Position numbers and translations under genes: made by a program | Shown: positions 13,152 through 29,244 of the stretch, piece after piece | Layout of the letters: the number at the start of each line of letters is the position of its first letter | How positions within the stretch are numbered: position 1 is the stretch's first letter | Notes under the pieces: generated by a model | What the model saw: only the letters and a program-made list of their open reading frames with translations | Told to the model about the DNA's origin: nothing | The model's database searches: none | Source: the human T2T-CHM13v2.0 reference genome, Homo sapiens | Reading direction: 5' to 3' (one strand) | Assembly: GCF_009914755.1 (NCBI RefSeq) | Contig: NC_060927.1 | DNA: 64,000 bases

Positions 13152-13861
13152 GCTGGCTATCATTTTATCCCCATTCATGGAGGGGAAGCTGAGGTACAGA
13201 GGCATTATTGCCCAAGTTACATGGCTAATGAGTTGTCGAGCACAGGCCTGTGCCTTTGCCCACCCAGGCTGACTGCCTGTCAGGAAGTCAAGAATCCGAG
13301 TTTGGGGGCTTCAGGGCGCTCAAACATCTGTCTTGTGAAGTTCTGTTCTGCCTGCTTTCCTGGAAAAGTTATTGAATTGCAATAGCAGTAGCTTCTCTGC
13401 GGCACCCTTTGGGGATGCTTATTCATGACCCACTGGCTACTCTTGGGGGGATGCTAGGGTTCTGTTTTCTGGAGATGTTTGATCACTGAGTGAACAGGGA
13501 CCCAATGATTCTGCCAGGGACATTTGAAGGGCCTCTTCTCACACCAAGGCTGTCTAGCATTAAGACAGAAGTGTCCCAGGAAAGATGGAGTACTCTGCAA
13601 TATTCCATGTATCCCTCTAACCTCCTGGGGCTGCTTTGTTACTATCCCCCCATCCACTCTGAGTTCTACTGGCTCCCACCACTTATTTAGGAATCTCTGA
13701 ATTGGGGAAGGTAGCCATGGTGGCCAGTGTTTCAGAATCACTCCTGGGTTTGTAACTTTATTAAAGAAACCCACACAGAGTCAAACTTCTGCACCAGTGA
13801 CCAACAATATGTGAGAGGATGATTTGTATCCTCAAATATTTGAACACTTAATAAAAGGCAT

Positions 13862-14460
<599 letters not shown>

Positions 14461-14794
14461 CACGGAACAAATTTCCTCCATCTTAGCTGATCTGTTGGTA
14501 TGTTAAGGCCACCTGGGAGATGGCCTTTCCTACCCCTTCCTATCTAGTGTCCAAGTGCTGTGATGTATGTGGATCCCAGAGTAAACTTGGTGTTGTGCAG
14601 TACACACCAGTAGGCAGCATTGCAGAGGGTCTTGGCACCTCTTTTGCACCAGGATGGGTCCTAGAGGGTGGATGTTCCAGATTCAGCTGAGTAGTGTTCC
14701 TGTCTCTACCTTCATTGAATCCCTGGTTCCACAGCAACAACCAGATCCACGATTTTTGTGCCATAAAAGGGGGCACTGCTGAGATGCACAAGTG

Positions 14795-15043
14795 CCTGGT
14801 GGCCAAGAGAGTGGGCTCCAGCATTAGCCCTGCCCTCAGCCTGCCTTACTCAGCTCTCTGCTTAGGAGCTGTGTGATCTTGACCAATTACTTCAGCTGTT
14901 TGAACCTCAGTTTCCTTTTCTGTAAAGAGTAATAAGGGTACATCCCTCATTAGGTTGGTGGGGGCATTAAATGAGATGATATCTGCAAAGCCCAGAGCAC
15001 AACACGGCACACAGTAAGCCCTTGATAGATGCTCGTAGTTATT
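14795..15043 (+). mobile_element. MIR
   Basis: gctgtgtgatcttgaccaattactt...cctcagtttccttttctgtaaa...attaaatgagat...ggcacacagtaagc. Confidence 0.8.
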
Positions 15044-16769
15044 TCTCTTGTTACTTGATCTGATTTATGAAACCAATGGTCTTTTTCATCCTGACTTGAG
15101 ATGCTGAGTTTTCTTTCAGTATTTTTGTTGATTCATTCATTTATTCATCAGACTTTGAGTGTTGACACTCAACACTGAAATGAATGAGATATTCTAACAT
15201 AGACACACTCTTCATTATGTGTGGCCTCTAACATTTTTGTTATGCTCTACATAAATCTGCATTTTTGTGCATTCATTTACACCCTGTCTGCTTCCAAAAA
15301 GGATCTGAGATGGCTACTTTAAATGGAGATCTTTGGGATTGTAAATCCTAGAATTTTGCCTGCCTGTTTCTTCTCTGTGCTCTTGGAAAGCCAAGGAGCA
15401 GATGGGAGGCCACCCTTGTTATGGGGAGCTCCAGCTCCCACCCCAGGCTCCAGATAAGTCTGGGAGGTAGATCTACAGTTCCAGGATGGGATACTTTTTT
15501 AAAAAGTAAATGTAAATGTATTGCCATATTTCTCTTGAAAAAAATTATCACAAGAAACCAACAAGAAGATATCAAGGCTTTTTCTTAGATCTGCCAGAAG
15601 TCTGTAATTTGCTCTATCCCTTGGATTTTAGTGTTCACTTGCTGCTTTCAGATGTGGAAGGAAAACCTCAGTCCTTTTGCCTTGCCTCCTTCTCCAGTTG
15701 CCTCCCCTCAGTGTGTCTGCCAAGACCTGAGCCCCAGGCCAGGGCAGCAGCCTCTGACCTTTCACTCCCTAACACACAAGCTGGGGACCAATGTCACTCC
15801 AAGGTTGGACCCTGCCCCTGTGCCTCTGCTTTTCCCAGTTGGGCATGGACTCCACCAATTTCATTCTCTGACTTAGCGTTATGTGGTGTGGATTGTACTG
15901 CTCTCCCTCCATTTACTGTAACCTAGGCTCTCCAGGATAAAAATTATTATTGCCAACCTTTTATGAATACTTTCTATATGCCAGAACCACTGTGTTCATA
16001 GTTCCCTTTATGCAGAGCAGGCTACCACTCCCGAAGCACAGAGAAGCCAAGTCACTTGTCCAAGGTTACCCAGCAAGTAAGTAAATTACAGAGTTGTGCT
16101 TTGAACCAAGGTGGGACTGATTTAATGCTAAACTGACTGTTCTCAGGGTTAGCCATGCTACCCTCCCTACCTCCACCTCCATCAAGGCCCTGTCCAAGGT
16201 ATCAGGTTTCTAAGGAAAAAGGAGAAGGGCCCTGAAAGGAAAAGGGCTTCTTCGGAGGGCATTTGTGTCTGCTCTTGGCCTTGCAGATAAAATACCATAA
16301 TCTACTCTTGCAAATCAGGCCATCCTGGGGTGCATGGTCCCCCAAACACTTTCATCTGCCTTTTCCTTTTGTGCCTCATCACTGCCTTGGGAGGGGGATC
16401 ATGCATTTGTTATTATCCTTGTTTTACAGAAAAGGAAAGGAAGGGTCAGAGTGGCCAGGGGACTTGTCTAAAGTCACATAGCTGTAGCTGGCACACTCCT
16501 GGGTGTGACTTCGGATACACTCTTTAGGGCCTATTCTACTACTCCACCATGCCTGTCCCATCTCAGGGCCTTCAGTAAAAGTCTGTGGTCCTGGTTGGTG
16601 ATGAGATTCCTTTGAGGGAGGGAAAGGAGACCAGGTAGCTAGAGGAGCCATAGCAATAGTTGTCAGCTGCATAGTTGGATAATTGGTTTGGACTTAGCGG
16701 GAATTAGTGGGCGATGGAATTACCACGGTCCAGATTCCGTCAGAAGTGGCATGCCTTAGCTTGATGACG

Positions 16770-17297
16770 TATCTGTTTTCTATCACCACAATATTGCTGC
16801 ATCCCTAACAAACCACCCCAAAACTTAGTGGCTTAAATCAACCACCACCTGTAGCTTATTCTCTGGTTGGCAGCTTAGGTTGGGTTCAGCTGGGTGGTTC
16901 TTCTGTTCTCTGCAGGACTCACTCATGCATCTGTGGTCAACTTCTGGGTTAGCTGGTTGGCTGGCTGGCAAAGGATGGCTTCAGCTGGGAGGGCTTATTT
17001 TTGCTCCATATGTATTTCATCCTCTTGCAGGCTAGCCTGGGCTTGTACACATGGTGGTTGGGTAGGGTACCAACAGAACAATCAGAGGCTTGCATGATTT
17101 CTTGAAGCCTAAGCTCAGAAGTCAAACCATGCCCCTCTGCCACATTCTTTTGGCCAATGTAAGTCACAGGTCCAGACTACATCAAGAGGAGGCAGAAACA
17201 CATTTCATCTCTTGACAAGAGAAGCTGCAAAGTCACACTGAAAAGAGCAGGGATACAGGAAGGATGGGGAATTGTGGCCACTTTGTAATATATTACC
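16770..17297 (-). mobile_element. MaLR LTR (MLT1F/G/H-like)
   Basis: aacaaaccaccccaaaacttagtggcttaaa...ctcactcatgcatctgtggtca...tctgccacattcttttggcc...aagctgcaaagtcac. Confidence 0.75.
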
Positions 17298-17385
17298 GGT
17301 GGTGAAAGCATCCTGGCTGTCCCTGAATTACTGTGACAGTCTGAATAAATTCCTGCCCAGCGCACCAGAAAAGGGAACAAGGTTC

Positions 17386-17648
17386 TATTAACCTAAATAG
17401 CAAACACAGAGAGAGGCTCTCTAAAAGAAAATGTTTACTCAGGAATAGGGCATTGCAGTGGGAATACATGTGTCACAGTAATCTGCATGAATATTCAGGG
17501 AGGTAAAGGAAAACAAAGGCTTTTAAAGGAAAAATGAGGATTACTTAATTGTTTTGAGATAATTATCTTTGGATACAAGGATCAGTGACAAGGGTGGCAC
17601 CAGTTTGAGGTTGGATAGAGAGTTGCTAGGTAGATTTCCTCACAGAAG

Positions 17649-17692
<44 letters not shown>

Positions 17693-17870
17693 GGTTGTGA
17701 TGGCCTTTGTGCAAGATTGTGTTTTTGCAGATTTTTTTGTGCTAGTTCTTGTTATCAGTTGTTTATGCATGAAAACCTTTCCTTCATGGCGTCCCACAGC
17801 TCTATTTGTCAGGGTTTTTTTTTTTTTTTTAAACATAAGTGACTCCATTTTGATTCTGACAACTTTTGCA
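17386..17870 (-). mobile_element. ERV1 solo LTR (MER65-like)
   Basis: Minus strand begins TGCAAAAGTTGTCAGAATCAAAATGGAGTCACTTATGTT...CCCTGACAAATAGAGC; 4-bp flanks gttc/attc. Confidence 0.65.
17655..17690 (+). repeat. (GT)18 microsatellite
   Basis: Direct read. Confidence 0.95.
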
Positions 17871-17959
17871 ATTCTAAGGATCTATGAGCTCTTGGGTGCT
17901 GCCAGGAGTTAGAACTGGGATGAGTTGAGTGTCAAGGTGTTTGACCTACTACTGCCCAG

Positions 17960-18200
17960 CAGTCTAACATTTCTTTGAACACCTACTTTGTAGCAGGCAC
18001 TATGATGGGTGTTTTATAAACATTCTTTTGCTTAAACCTTACAAGAAACCTTCTTAGGTACACTTTTATTCCTCCTGTTTTACAGAAGAGGAAAACTGAG
18101 GCTTGGAGTGTTTAAGACACTTGTCTAAGAGACACAGCTTGTCAGCAGTAGAGGCAGGACTTAAACCCTATGTTACTGCCTGTGCTTCTTACACTTTATC
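17960..18200 (-). mobile_element. MIR
   Basis: ttttacagaagaggaaaactgaggcttgga...acacagct...agaggcaggacttaaaccc. Confidence 0.7.
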
Positions 18201-19738
18201 ACCATGCATAACTTTCCCATAAAGCTTAGAAGCCAGGTAGAACTACTGGCTTAAAACCCTAGAAAGCAGTCAGTATCCACTGCTTAAATACCAGGAGCCT
18301 CAGTTTCCCCAAATATAAGAAGAGCTTATGAGGCCTTTCAGGTCCCATGGCTCCATTGGGCAAGCATTGGTCCCTAGTGAGTCCCCTCCCTCTGGAAATG
18401 AAGGGTTTGGTGTGGTCAGAGGTGGCTATCCTGGCACCAGCTCTTCCTTTACTCAAGCCTGGGCTGCTTTCTGCCCAGTAAGGGATGCGGACAATTCCTG
18501 GGGTTTCCCCGTGGTGGACACACAGTGAAGAATTTGACTCATGTAACCAAAACGTGGGTCCCTGGGGAAGCTTTGGCTTTGGGATCAAATGCTGAAAGCA
18601 AACCTAATGGGTTTAAAGTTTTTAATCCCCAGTTGCTGTCCTTGATCTGGCTATAATTTTGCCTGTGGAATCGCTGCTGTGGTGTTTGTGGGGAGGGAGG
18701 GAATCTTTGAGACACTGTCAGTTCTCAGTCCTGCCCAGGGAGGCAGCTGCGGCTCAGTCCTTCTCTGTCACCCGCTCTCCAGAGAATTTACCTGCAGATT
18801 ACCCTCAAAACATGAGACAGGTTCAGAGCGAGGTGGGCGGCTGGAATGGAGCCTTCACAGACAGCTTGACCACACACAGGGAGCTCAGGAAGCAGCTTTG
18901 TTGGAAAAATGCAGGGCACTTAAACTGCCACACCAGGAGGGGGTTTGGAGAGGCTGGAAAGAGCATGCCATTGGACACAGACACTCTGGGTTCAAATCCC
19001 AGCTCTGCCACTTACTGGTGGTGTGACCCAACATCTCTGAATGGAAAACACATGAGAGGCTGCCTGACAGGATGGCCATGAGCAAGAAAGCACCCTTGTG
19101 AGCATAACCAGTGTTGGTGCATGAACCGATGCACCCACACTGCTTATTAAGAGAGGCAAACCTCTGGTTAACACCATGACAGCAGTGTCAATGCTTTGGA
19201 AAAGCAAGGTGATTGAAGTTCACCTTTTGAGTCACCTGAGCCTGATGGGGAGGGGAAGGTCTTTTCTCTTCCAAACCCCAGCATGCCCTTTGACATGACG
19301 GAGCTTTCACATCAGAGTTCTCACTTCAGAGCTGCCCTCAAAGGCTCACTGGGGCTTGCTCAGGTGGGGATTACATATGTGAGTAGCTGGCACCAGAGGG
19401 GGCACTGGGTACCTGTTGGTTCCCTTTTCCTCCTTTCAGGCTGATGTGGGGTGGGTAGAATAGGGCACGGGTGATGTATTTGACTACTGGGGTGCGTGCT
19501 ACAGCTTGGCATCTTAACATGAATAACCATCTTAACCTCCTCTGGCCACCTGCTTCCCTATCTGTAAAATGGGGATAATATTAGTACCTCCCGTAGGGTT
19601 GCTGTGAAGAGTAAATTTGATCCTGCCCGCAATGAGCCTAACCCAGCACCTGCACACTCTACGTGCCTGCTACATGCTGGTTGCCCTAATTAGAAGTTTA
19701 GAGTCCTGCATTGATGAGAGGACCTAAAAGGCTTATGA

Positions 19739-20113
<375 letters not shown>

Positions 20114-20180
20114 TCAAGGGCAATCTCTTCTACTGGCTCCAAATGAACATAATTATTTGTAATCAGTTTAGATAGTTACA

Positions 20181-20325
20181 TAGTACTTCTTAAACTATCA
20201 ATCACCTGGAGAGCTTGTTAAAATGCATTCTGATTTAATGGGCTGGGGCCTAAGATTCTGCATTTCCGACAAGTGCCAGGTGTTCCCCATGCTGCTGGTC
20301 TGAGGACCACACTTGAAGTAGCAAG
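20181..20325. mobile_element. MER5A-like
   Basis: aatcacctggagagcttgttaaaatgca...ctgcatttcc...tgctgctggtctgaggaccacactt. Confidence 0.75.
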
Positions 20326-22984
20326 CAAAGCAGAGAAGTAGCTTGATGCTTTGTTGATGGCAGCCTGTTGGTGGGGACACTCAGGCCCTTTTATGTGGTA
20401 ACCATAGCAGAAAGGAACATAGTCTTGTTGAGAGTACCAGGAGAGTTGGGGCGATGTTTGAAGTGGCTAGGATGTCTTTTTATAACTTAGCAGATGGCAT
20501 CTTTTCAGTGGCTTGTTCTGAACTCTGGGCCATGGTAATCTCTGTATCCCTTGGGATCAGCCTGGTAAACAGCCAGCTGAATTAACTTCAGAAAAGACCC
20601 ACTCATGGGCTGGCCTGCGGTAGTCTTGCTGGATGGTGGCCTAGGTACAGAGCAGTGCTGGGCTGCGGAGGAAGCCACGATGTTCTGTAAACACATAGAT
20701 ACAAGCACATTCCCGCGTGCCACCTCGTGAGTGTCATGCATGTGTGTGCATGCCCCCTTATCTCTAGCCTGATTTTCCATTGCACAGGATTTGGGAAAAA
20801 CCTTTCATCTGACCAGCTGATCAGAAGTTTTGAACTGAAAGGTTGTTATCAGGGTTTGAATCAGCTATTGTTGTTAGAACCATTGAGTACCTTGGGCTTG
20901 GAAGGAAATAATAATTCAGCAGGTTCCTTTCCACTTTAGATTTTGGTGTAAACTTTGTCCCTGTCAGTCTTGGCTCTAGGCTGGAGGAAGCAGTGCCTGG
21001 GAATAAGCTCTCCAGGGTCCCCTCCTGCTTAGATAACCTATGAATCTGTGTCTGTGAATTTGGAGCCATGGCATTATCTGAAATTTCCAGGGTTCCAATG
21101 CCAGTTTGGGAGACACAGTGGAGGAAGAACCTGTTGTTTCTTGCAGCCTTTTCCCTTCCCTCGGACGTGATGAATTCTCACTCTTGTGAATTTTTTTGTG
21201 ATTTTTGTAAAATAAATTACAAGTGGCAATTAGTCACTGTGCTGATGTAAATTTGGAGTTGGTGGGAATTTTTGGACTCTGCTGTGTGGCCCTGGGGTTT
21301 TTGAGTGGAAGAGGTATTTTATGCTCCCCAGGTCTTAGAACCTGACCTGTGGAAAGGCTGAGGATGTTTCAGCAGTTTAGACAGGGCAAACTGCTAATTC
21401 TTCTCACCTGTGAAAACAGCTGGTCTTATGAAGCGCAATATGTGACTTACCCCAGTGGCTCTAAAGCTCAGCCGCTACAGCAAGGGGGAAAATTGATCCC
21501 TTAATGTGGCTTTCTTCTCACTGGAGTTTTGTTTTGTACGTCATTGTGCATTTGAGTTACAGCAGACAAGGGCCAGCCAAACTGCTCTTGTGTGGGTGAG
21601 GGAGGCAATGTGATCTGTTTGGGAAAGTGCTTGCTTTGATTTCCAAAGGGCTGTGGGTTCCAGCCCTGCTTCTGCTTGGGAATTCTGCAGTTGTGCCCAG
21701 CAAACACCTGGGGAGGTGCATCCCAGGGCATTATTGAGGAGCCGCAGGGCAGCCTGGGTACCTGCACCATTGGGAGTCTTGCTTCTCTCACTCCCCAGCA
21801 GGGCATCTTCCTCATGGAATCAGATACAGACCCTCCAAGACTGACCTGGAAGGAGACACTCCAGTGAGGGGTGGGTCTCCCTGGCTCTTTGTACCCTCCA
21901 ATTCTTCAGGTTCTAGGTGTTGAGCTCAGGGCAGTGGGAATTAAGATGGGACCCACACACATTCCCATGAACCTTAACACCATGTCTCTGAGCCAGGTTA
22001 GTGACGATGTCCTTTGTGATATCTGCCAGCCTTTGCTGGAGTCCCCTTTGAGGGCCTCAGACTTCTGTTGTATGATGTAGAGGCCTTGTTTGTCTGCCCC
22101 TTTGCCTAGCTGGAGTGTTGCAGGAGGAGCAGCAGCATTCCAAGACCAGGGTGCAGTGAATGACTGAGATCCCAAGATGAAGGTGGCTTTCAGGGCAGAG
22201 GGAAGGGAGCCTGGGTCAGCTTTCTACATCCCCAGGAAAGCTGTCCAGGGTCATCCTAACCTCTGCTAAACACCTTTTCCACAAATACATAATATGTAAT
22301 GCACTCTATTCCAAGGCATGTGGGAGATGATCTATTTCATGATACAGAAGAAACCCTTGTGAGGTGAATTCCCTCTCTTTTCTAGGCTGCTGGAGATAAG
22401 GAACAACGCCTGTTCTCACTAAGAAGTGGCTTGGCATTTTCTACTCTTTGAACATCAGTGTGGATTTTGTTTGAAGTCTCATTGTCCAAGACCTTTTCCA
22501 AATGGCTCGTAGCTCAGCACAAACCGTGCCTGATTAGTGTTGTTTGGTATTCTTTGCTATAGATCTTCTGTTGACTGCTTTCCGGAAACAATGCATAAAA
22601 CTGTAGGTCAGAATTATTTTTGTAACATCTGGAGGGGAGCTTACTGCCATTTCCCCCGTGTTCTGCACTCACACAGGCCCAAACCTGCCTCTTCTGTCTT
22701 CTGGGTGGGTCTTGCCCCTTTCCTGTAGCCGGGGGATGCTCCTGCTGGGGATGGCCCACCCTAGGCAGCTTTTCAGTTCAAGATGGAGGATACAGAGGTT
22801 CATTCTTGCTCCTGTTTGCATGCAAACTGTTCTATTTCTGTTTTGCAGTGGGAGAGAGGATACGGTTTATAATTCCGCACTGCTGCTATTTTTTTTCCTA
22901 TTTGCCCCTAAATGTCCATGCTGTGTGTGTGGTGGGTGGTAGGAGGAGGAGAGGGAGACAGAAGAGAAATAGCGTTTCTAAATT

Positions 22985-24150
<1,166 letters not shown>

Positions 24151-24167
24151 TCCCACCCATCCATCGC

Positions 24168-24343
24168 AGTCTCCTGGGTAGGTGGGACTAAAAGCGTGCG
24201 CTGCCTTGCCTGGCCATTTTTTTTTGTGAAGATGGGATTTGCCATGTCACCCAGGCTGGCCTGGAATTCCTGGGCTCAAGCGATCCACCCGCCTCGGCCT
24301 CTCAAAATGCTAGGATTACAGGCATGAGCCACCACATTCAGCC
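24168..24343 (-). mobile_element. Partial Alu (AluJ-like left arm plus part of right arm)
   Basis: ccaggctggcctggaattcctgggctcaagcgatccacccgcctcggcc...gattacaggcatgagccacc. Confidence 0.85.
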
Positions 24344-24546
24344 TCCTTAAGCTTTAATATGCCTGGGAAAGATCTAACAGGTTTCACTTTAGGACCTCTC
24401 CCCCAAGCCCACACAGAAAAGTATAATAATATGATTTTCAAAGTGAGCACTCAGAGAGCCCACCCGTGGTTGGGTGAATACTTAGCCATCTGCCTCCTAT
24501 TTTCTTATCGTAGGTTGTGACAGAATGCCTTTTTCTCTTGCTGCAG

Positions 24547-24674
24547 GGTCCTTGTGGGCGCACCAAAGGCAGATTCCAAATACAGCCCTTCAGTGAAGTC
24601 TCCTGGGGCTGTGTTTAAGTGCCGTGTTCACACCAACCCTGACCGGAGATGCACCGAACTGGACATGGCTCGAG
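24547..24674 (+). CDS. ITGA9: ITGA9 exon 2 (128 nt)
   Basis: tttttctcttgctgcag|G GTC CTT GTG GGC GCA CCA = (W)VLVGAPKADSKYSPSVKSPGAVFKCRVHTNPDRRCTELDMAR; donor GAG|gtgggt. Confidence 0.97.
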
Positions 24675-24751
24675 GTGGGTGACCATTACTGCTGCCGTGG
24701 AAATGGGTTCTGTACCCTTATACCTTGCTCTTCTTCTTCCCAGGATGGCCT

Positions 24752-25616
<865 letters not shown>

Positions 25617-25921
25617 TAAAAGCTCACTTTGATCTAGCAGAAAATATAAGATCTTTGGAATCAGATGGTTCTGACTGCATTCAAAGCCCAGCTGGGACTG
25701 ATTGGGAATGTCCTATAGCTTCTTGGGCCTCAGTTCCCTCACCTTCAAGATCAAGACTAATATACCTACCTCGCAAGGATGGTCTTGAGAAGATTAAGTG
25801 AGATAATACAGGTGAGTACACAGAACTGTGCTTGGCACATCAGTACAAAGGAGGTATTTTGTTATAATCATGACTGCAAGCATTTCTTTCTCCAAAGTCT
25901 TTTTGCATAAAGATTTTCTAA

Positions 25922-26272
<351 letters not shown>

Positions 26273-26359
26273 TGATTTTCTTTAGCAGAAAAAGAGGTTT
26301 GTGAACTGTTTGTTACTGGTGCATAACAAATTAAGGAGCTTACTTCAGAACATAAATCA

Positions 26360-26720
<361 letters not shown>

Positions 26721-26892
26721 CTATGTAAAAAAACAGTTGTCTGGATTAAACAGTATAGTACATAGTGATGGAGTTGATTTACATTTTGTGGAAAGTTCCT
26801 TATTTCCTCATAGGGCTGTGGACCACCCTTTGAAAGCAGCCAGCAGAACATCACTCCTCAACCCAAGTCTGGCTCTTCTCCTCTTTCTCCAG

Positions 26893-26999
26893 GGAAGAAT
26901 CGGGGCACGTCCTGCGGAAAGACCTGCCGGGAAGACCGCGATGATGAGTGGATGGGGGTGAGCCTGGCCCGACAGCCCAAGGCTGATGGCCGTGTGTTG
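26893..26999 (+). CDS. ITGA9: ITGA9 exon 3 (107 nt)
   Basis: ctctttctccag|GG AAG AAT = (G)KNRGTSCGKTCREDRDDEWMGVSLARQPKADGRVL; donor TTG|gtaagt. Confidence 0.97.
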
Positions 27000-27274
27000 G
27001 TAAGTCCCTCCTGGGGGTGCTGTGGGAAGGGGGTGGCACTCTGAGAATGAATGATCTGTTAGGAAGGCTGGATGGCATGGTGACAAGTGCATGGCTTTGA
27101 GGTTGCTTATTCTGGACTACTGCTTAGACAAATGACTTATCTTCTTATTTTCTTTATCTGTCAAATGTGAATAATGTCTGTCCCAAGGTGCTGAGATGTG
27201 ACTATTGAAAAATAAAACATATGTGAAAAGTGCTTTGTACATCTCATTCATTACATAGGTATTTGTGTGTGTGT

Positions 27275-27640
27275 GTCTTAAATTGAGGTATAATTTACAG
27301 TACACAAATCTTAAGATTACAGTCTTGATTTTCACAATTGTACACACCTGTGTAACCATATGCCCACTGAGATATAGAATATTTCCATCGTCCCAAAAGT
27401 CTCCGATGTCCCTTTCCAGCCAACTCCTCTCACCTGAGACAAACCACAGCTGTGATTTGTATAATACATTACTTTTGCTTTTTCTAGAATTTCATATAAA
27501 TGGAATCCTACAGTATGTGCTCTTTTATATAAGACTTCTTTCACTCAAAATAATATTTTCTGAAATTAATCCCCATTGTACGTATCAGTAGTTCATTCCT
27601 GTTTATCTCTACATAATATTACATTTTATGAAATAAATGT
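27275..27640 (-). mobile_element. Old L1 (L1ME-like) 3' fragment
   Basis: attgaggtataatttaca...aatcttaag...acacctgtgtaacca...tagaatatttccatc...tagaatttcatataaatggaatc. Confidence 0.8.
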
Positions 27641-27761
27641 TATTTTTAACTAGTTATTTATCGGACCTCCAAAGCACCTATGCTGTATTTTGATCCGTAG
27701 GTGCTTTGAGGGAGATAGAAAGAAAAGTCTTTGCATTTGAGACTCCTGAGATCCTGGAGTT

Positions 27762-27956
27762 GTGCTGTGCAGTAAGGTGGCCACCAGCCCTGTGTCCTTA
27801 TTTAAACTTAAATTTATCCAAATTAAACTAGAAATTCAGGTTTTTAGTCATATTAGCCACATTTAAGTGGCTCAGTAATCACAAATGGTTACTGGCTACT
27901 CTATTGGAAAGCAGAGAGAGAGAATATTTTCATCATCACAGAAAGTTTTATTAGAC
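27762..27956. mobile_element. MER3-like (hAT-Charlie)
   Basis: tagccacatttaagtggctcagtaatcaca...tggctactctattgga...aatattttcatcatcacagaaagttttatt. Confidence 0.7.
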
Positions 27957-29244
27957 TCAACACAAAAGGAATTTCTAACACTGCAGAGGTTTTGTTTTTG
28001 TCAATTTTTCCTTTAAGCTTTTCTATGAGGTATAATACTAAAGCACTTAACACACCCAGCTGTGAGTGCACAGCCCGATGGGTTTTTCACGCATGTACAC
28101 TTATGCATCCCCATTGCCAGTACTCCGGAAGGACCCCTGCACCCTTTCCCAGTCAGTTCCTCTGCCCTTGGTGAGTGAACAACTGTTCTGACATAGGCTT
28201 TCTCTTGCCCTTGACTTTTATCAGAAGCTGTACGAAGATTTTTGTTATAAAAGCATAAGCTCAAGAGGGGAAAGTAATACTAGCTGCCGCTTATGGAGGG
28301 CTTCATTTGGGTCACATGCTGCAAAGCTGAGGGTTTCGTGTGTATTTTATCCCAGGGAAACAGGTTTTCCTTAAGGCACTAGGCAAAGTGTTTTTGTCCC
28401 CTCTCTAAGGAGCCCACTTTTGTGTTAAACTTCTTCATGGCATAAGCTGTTAATCTGAATTCCGTCCTCAGCACAATTAAGCATCTCCCCCTTGTCGGGC
28501 CCCTTGGGAGAGGAGGAAGCAGCTGGATGCTGTCGCCAGCATGGTGGGGGCCTCCCTCCTGGAAGCCGTTGTAGGTCCTGCACAGGCTCCCTGAGCCCGC
28601 TGTTTGCCTTGGTTTCCAGTCCTTTCATCACTGTCATGGCTGGCCCTGGACCCTCTCCAAACTTCCACATTCCTCCAGGCATGGTGGCCTGACCCTGACT
28701 GGACAAATGGGCCCCAGAGGGGCTGAACCCTTGTCTGCCATTCTGGGGAAAGAAAGGGAAGAAGCTGACTCATCTGTAAATCAAAGGGTAGCCCAAGGTC
28801 CTGATTCAGAACAAAAAGGAGGTGGTGGCCCCGTGGCAGCATAACACAAGATGCTCTTAAGGGCATCGAGCCTAGAGTCAGAGTTTGCTCCTGTGAAAAT
28901 ATTTCCTCTCTGCAAGGAAGGATAACCTCTCTGTGGCTGAGGGCTTGTTTCCAGAGGGGCAAGACAGAATTCTGTGTTACCACAGATCAGTATCACAAAG
29001 GAGTCATTTCTGGGGACAGTGAACAGCAATGAGGACCACAGGGAAGATTTAGCAAAGGGAGCCAAGAAGGCAGCACTGGAGCATTTGTGGATAATGGTGC
29101 CATGGATAGTCCTGTCTAATTAATTGCATGCAGGACTATTTTTTTAATGTTTTATGAAGTTATTGCATCATCCACTCAGTAAGCCACTGTATATGGGTGC
29201 TGGGCAAAGAGGAGCATCTGACACCATCTGCTTTCCTTGTGCCT

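Noticed and set aside
27595-27606. FOX:ETS composite (minus strand ATAAACAGGAAT)
   Set aside because: Lies within an L1 remnant with no neighbouring endothelial motifs; chance match likely.
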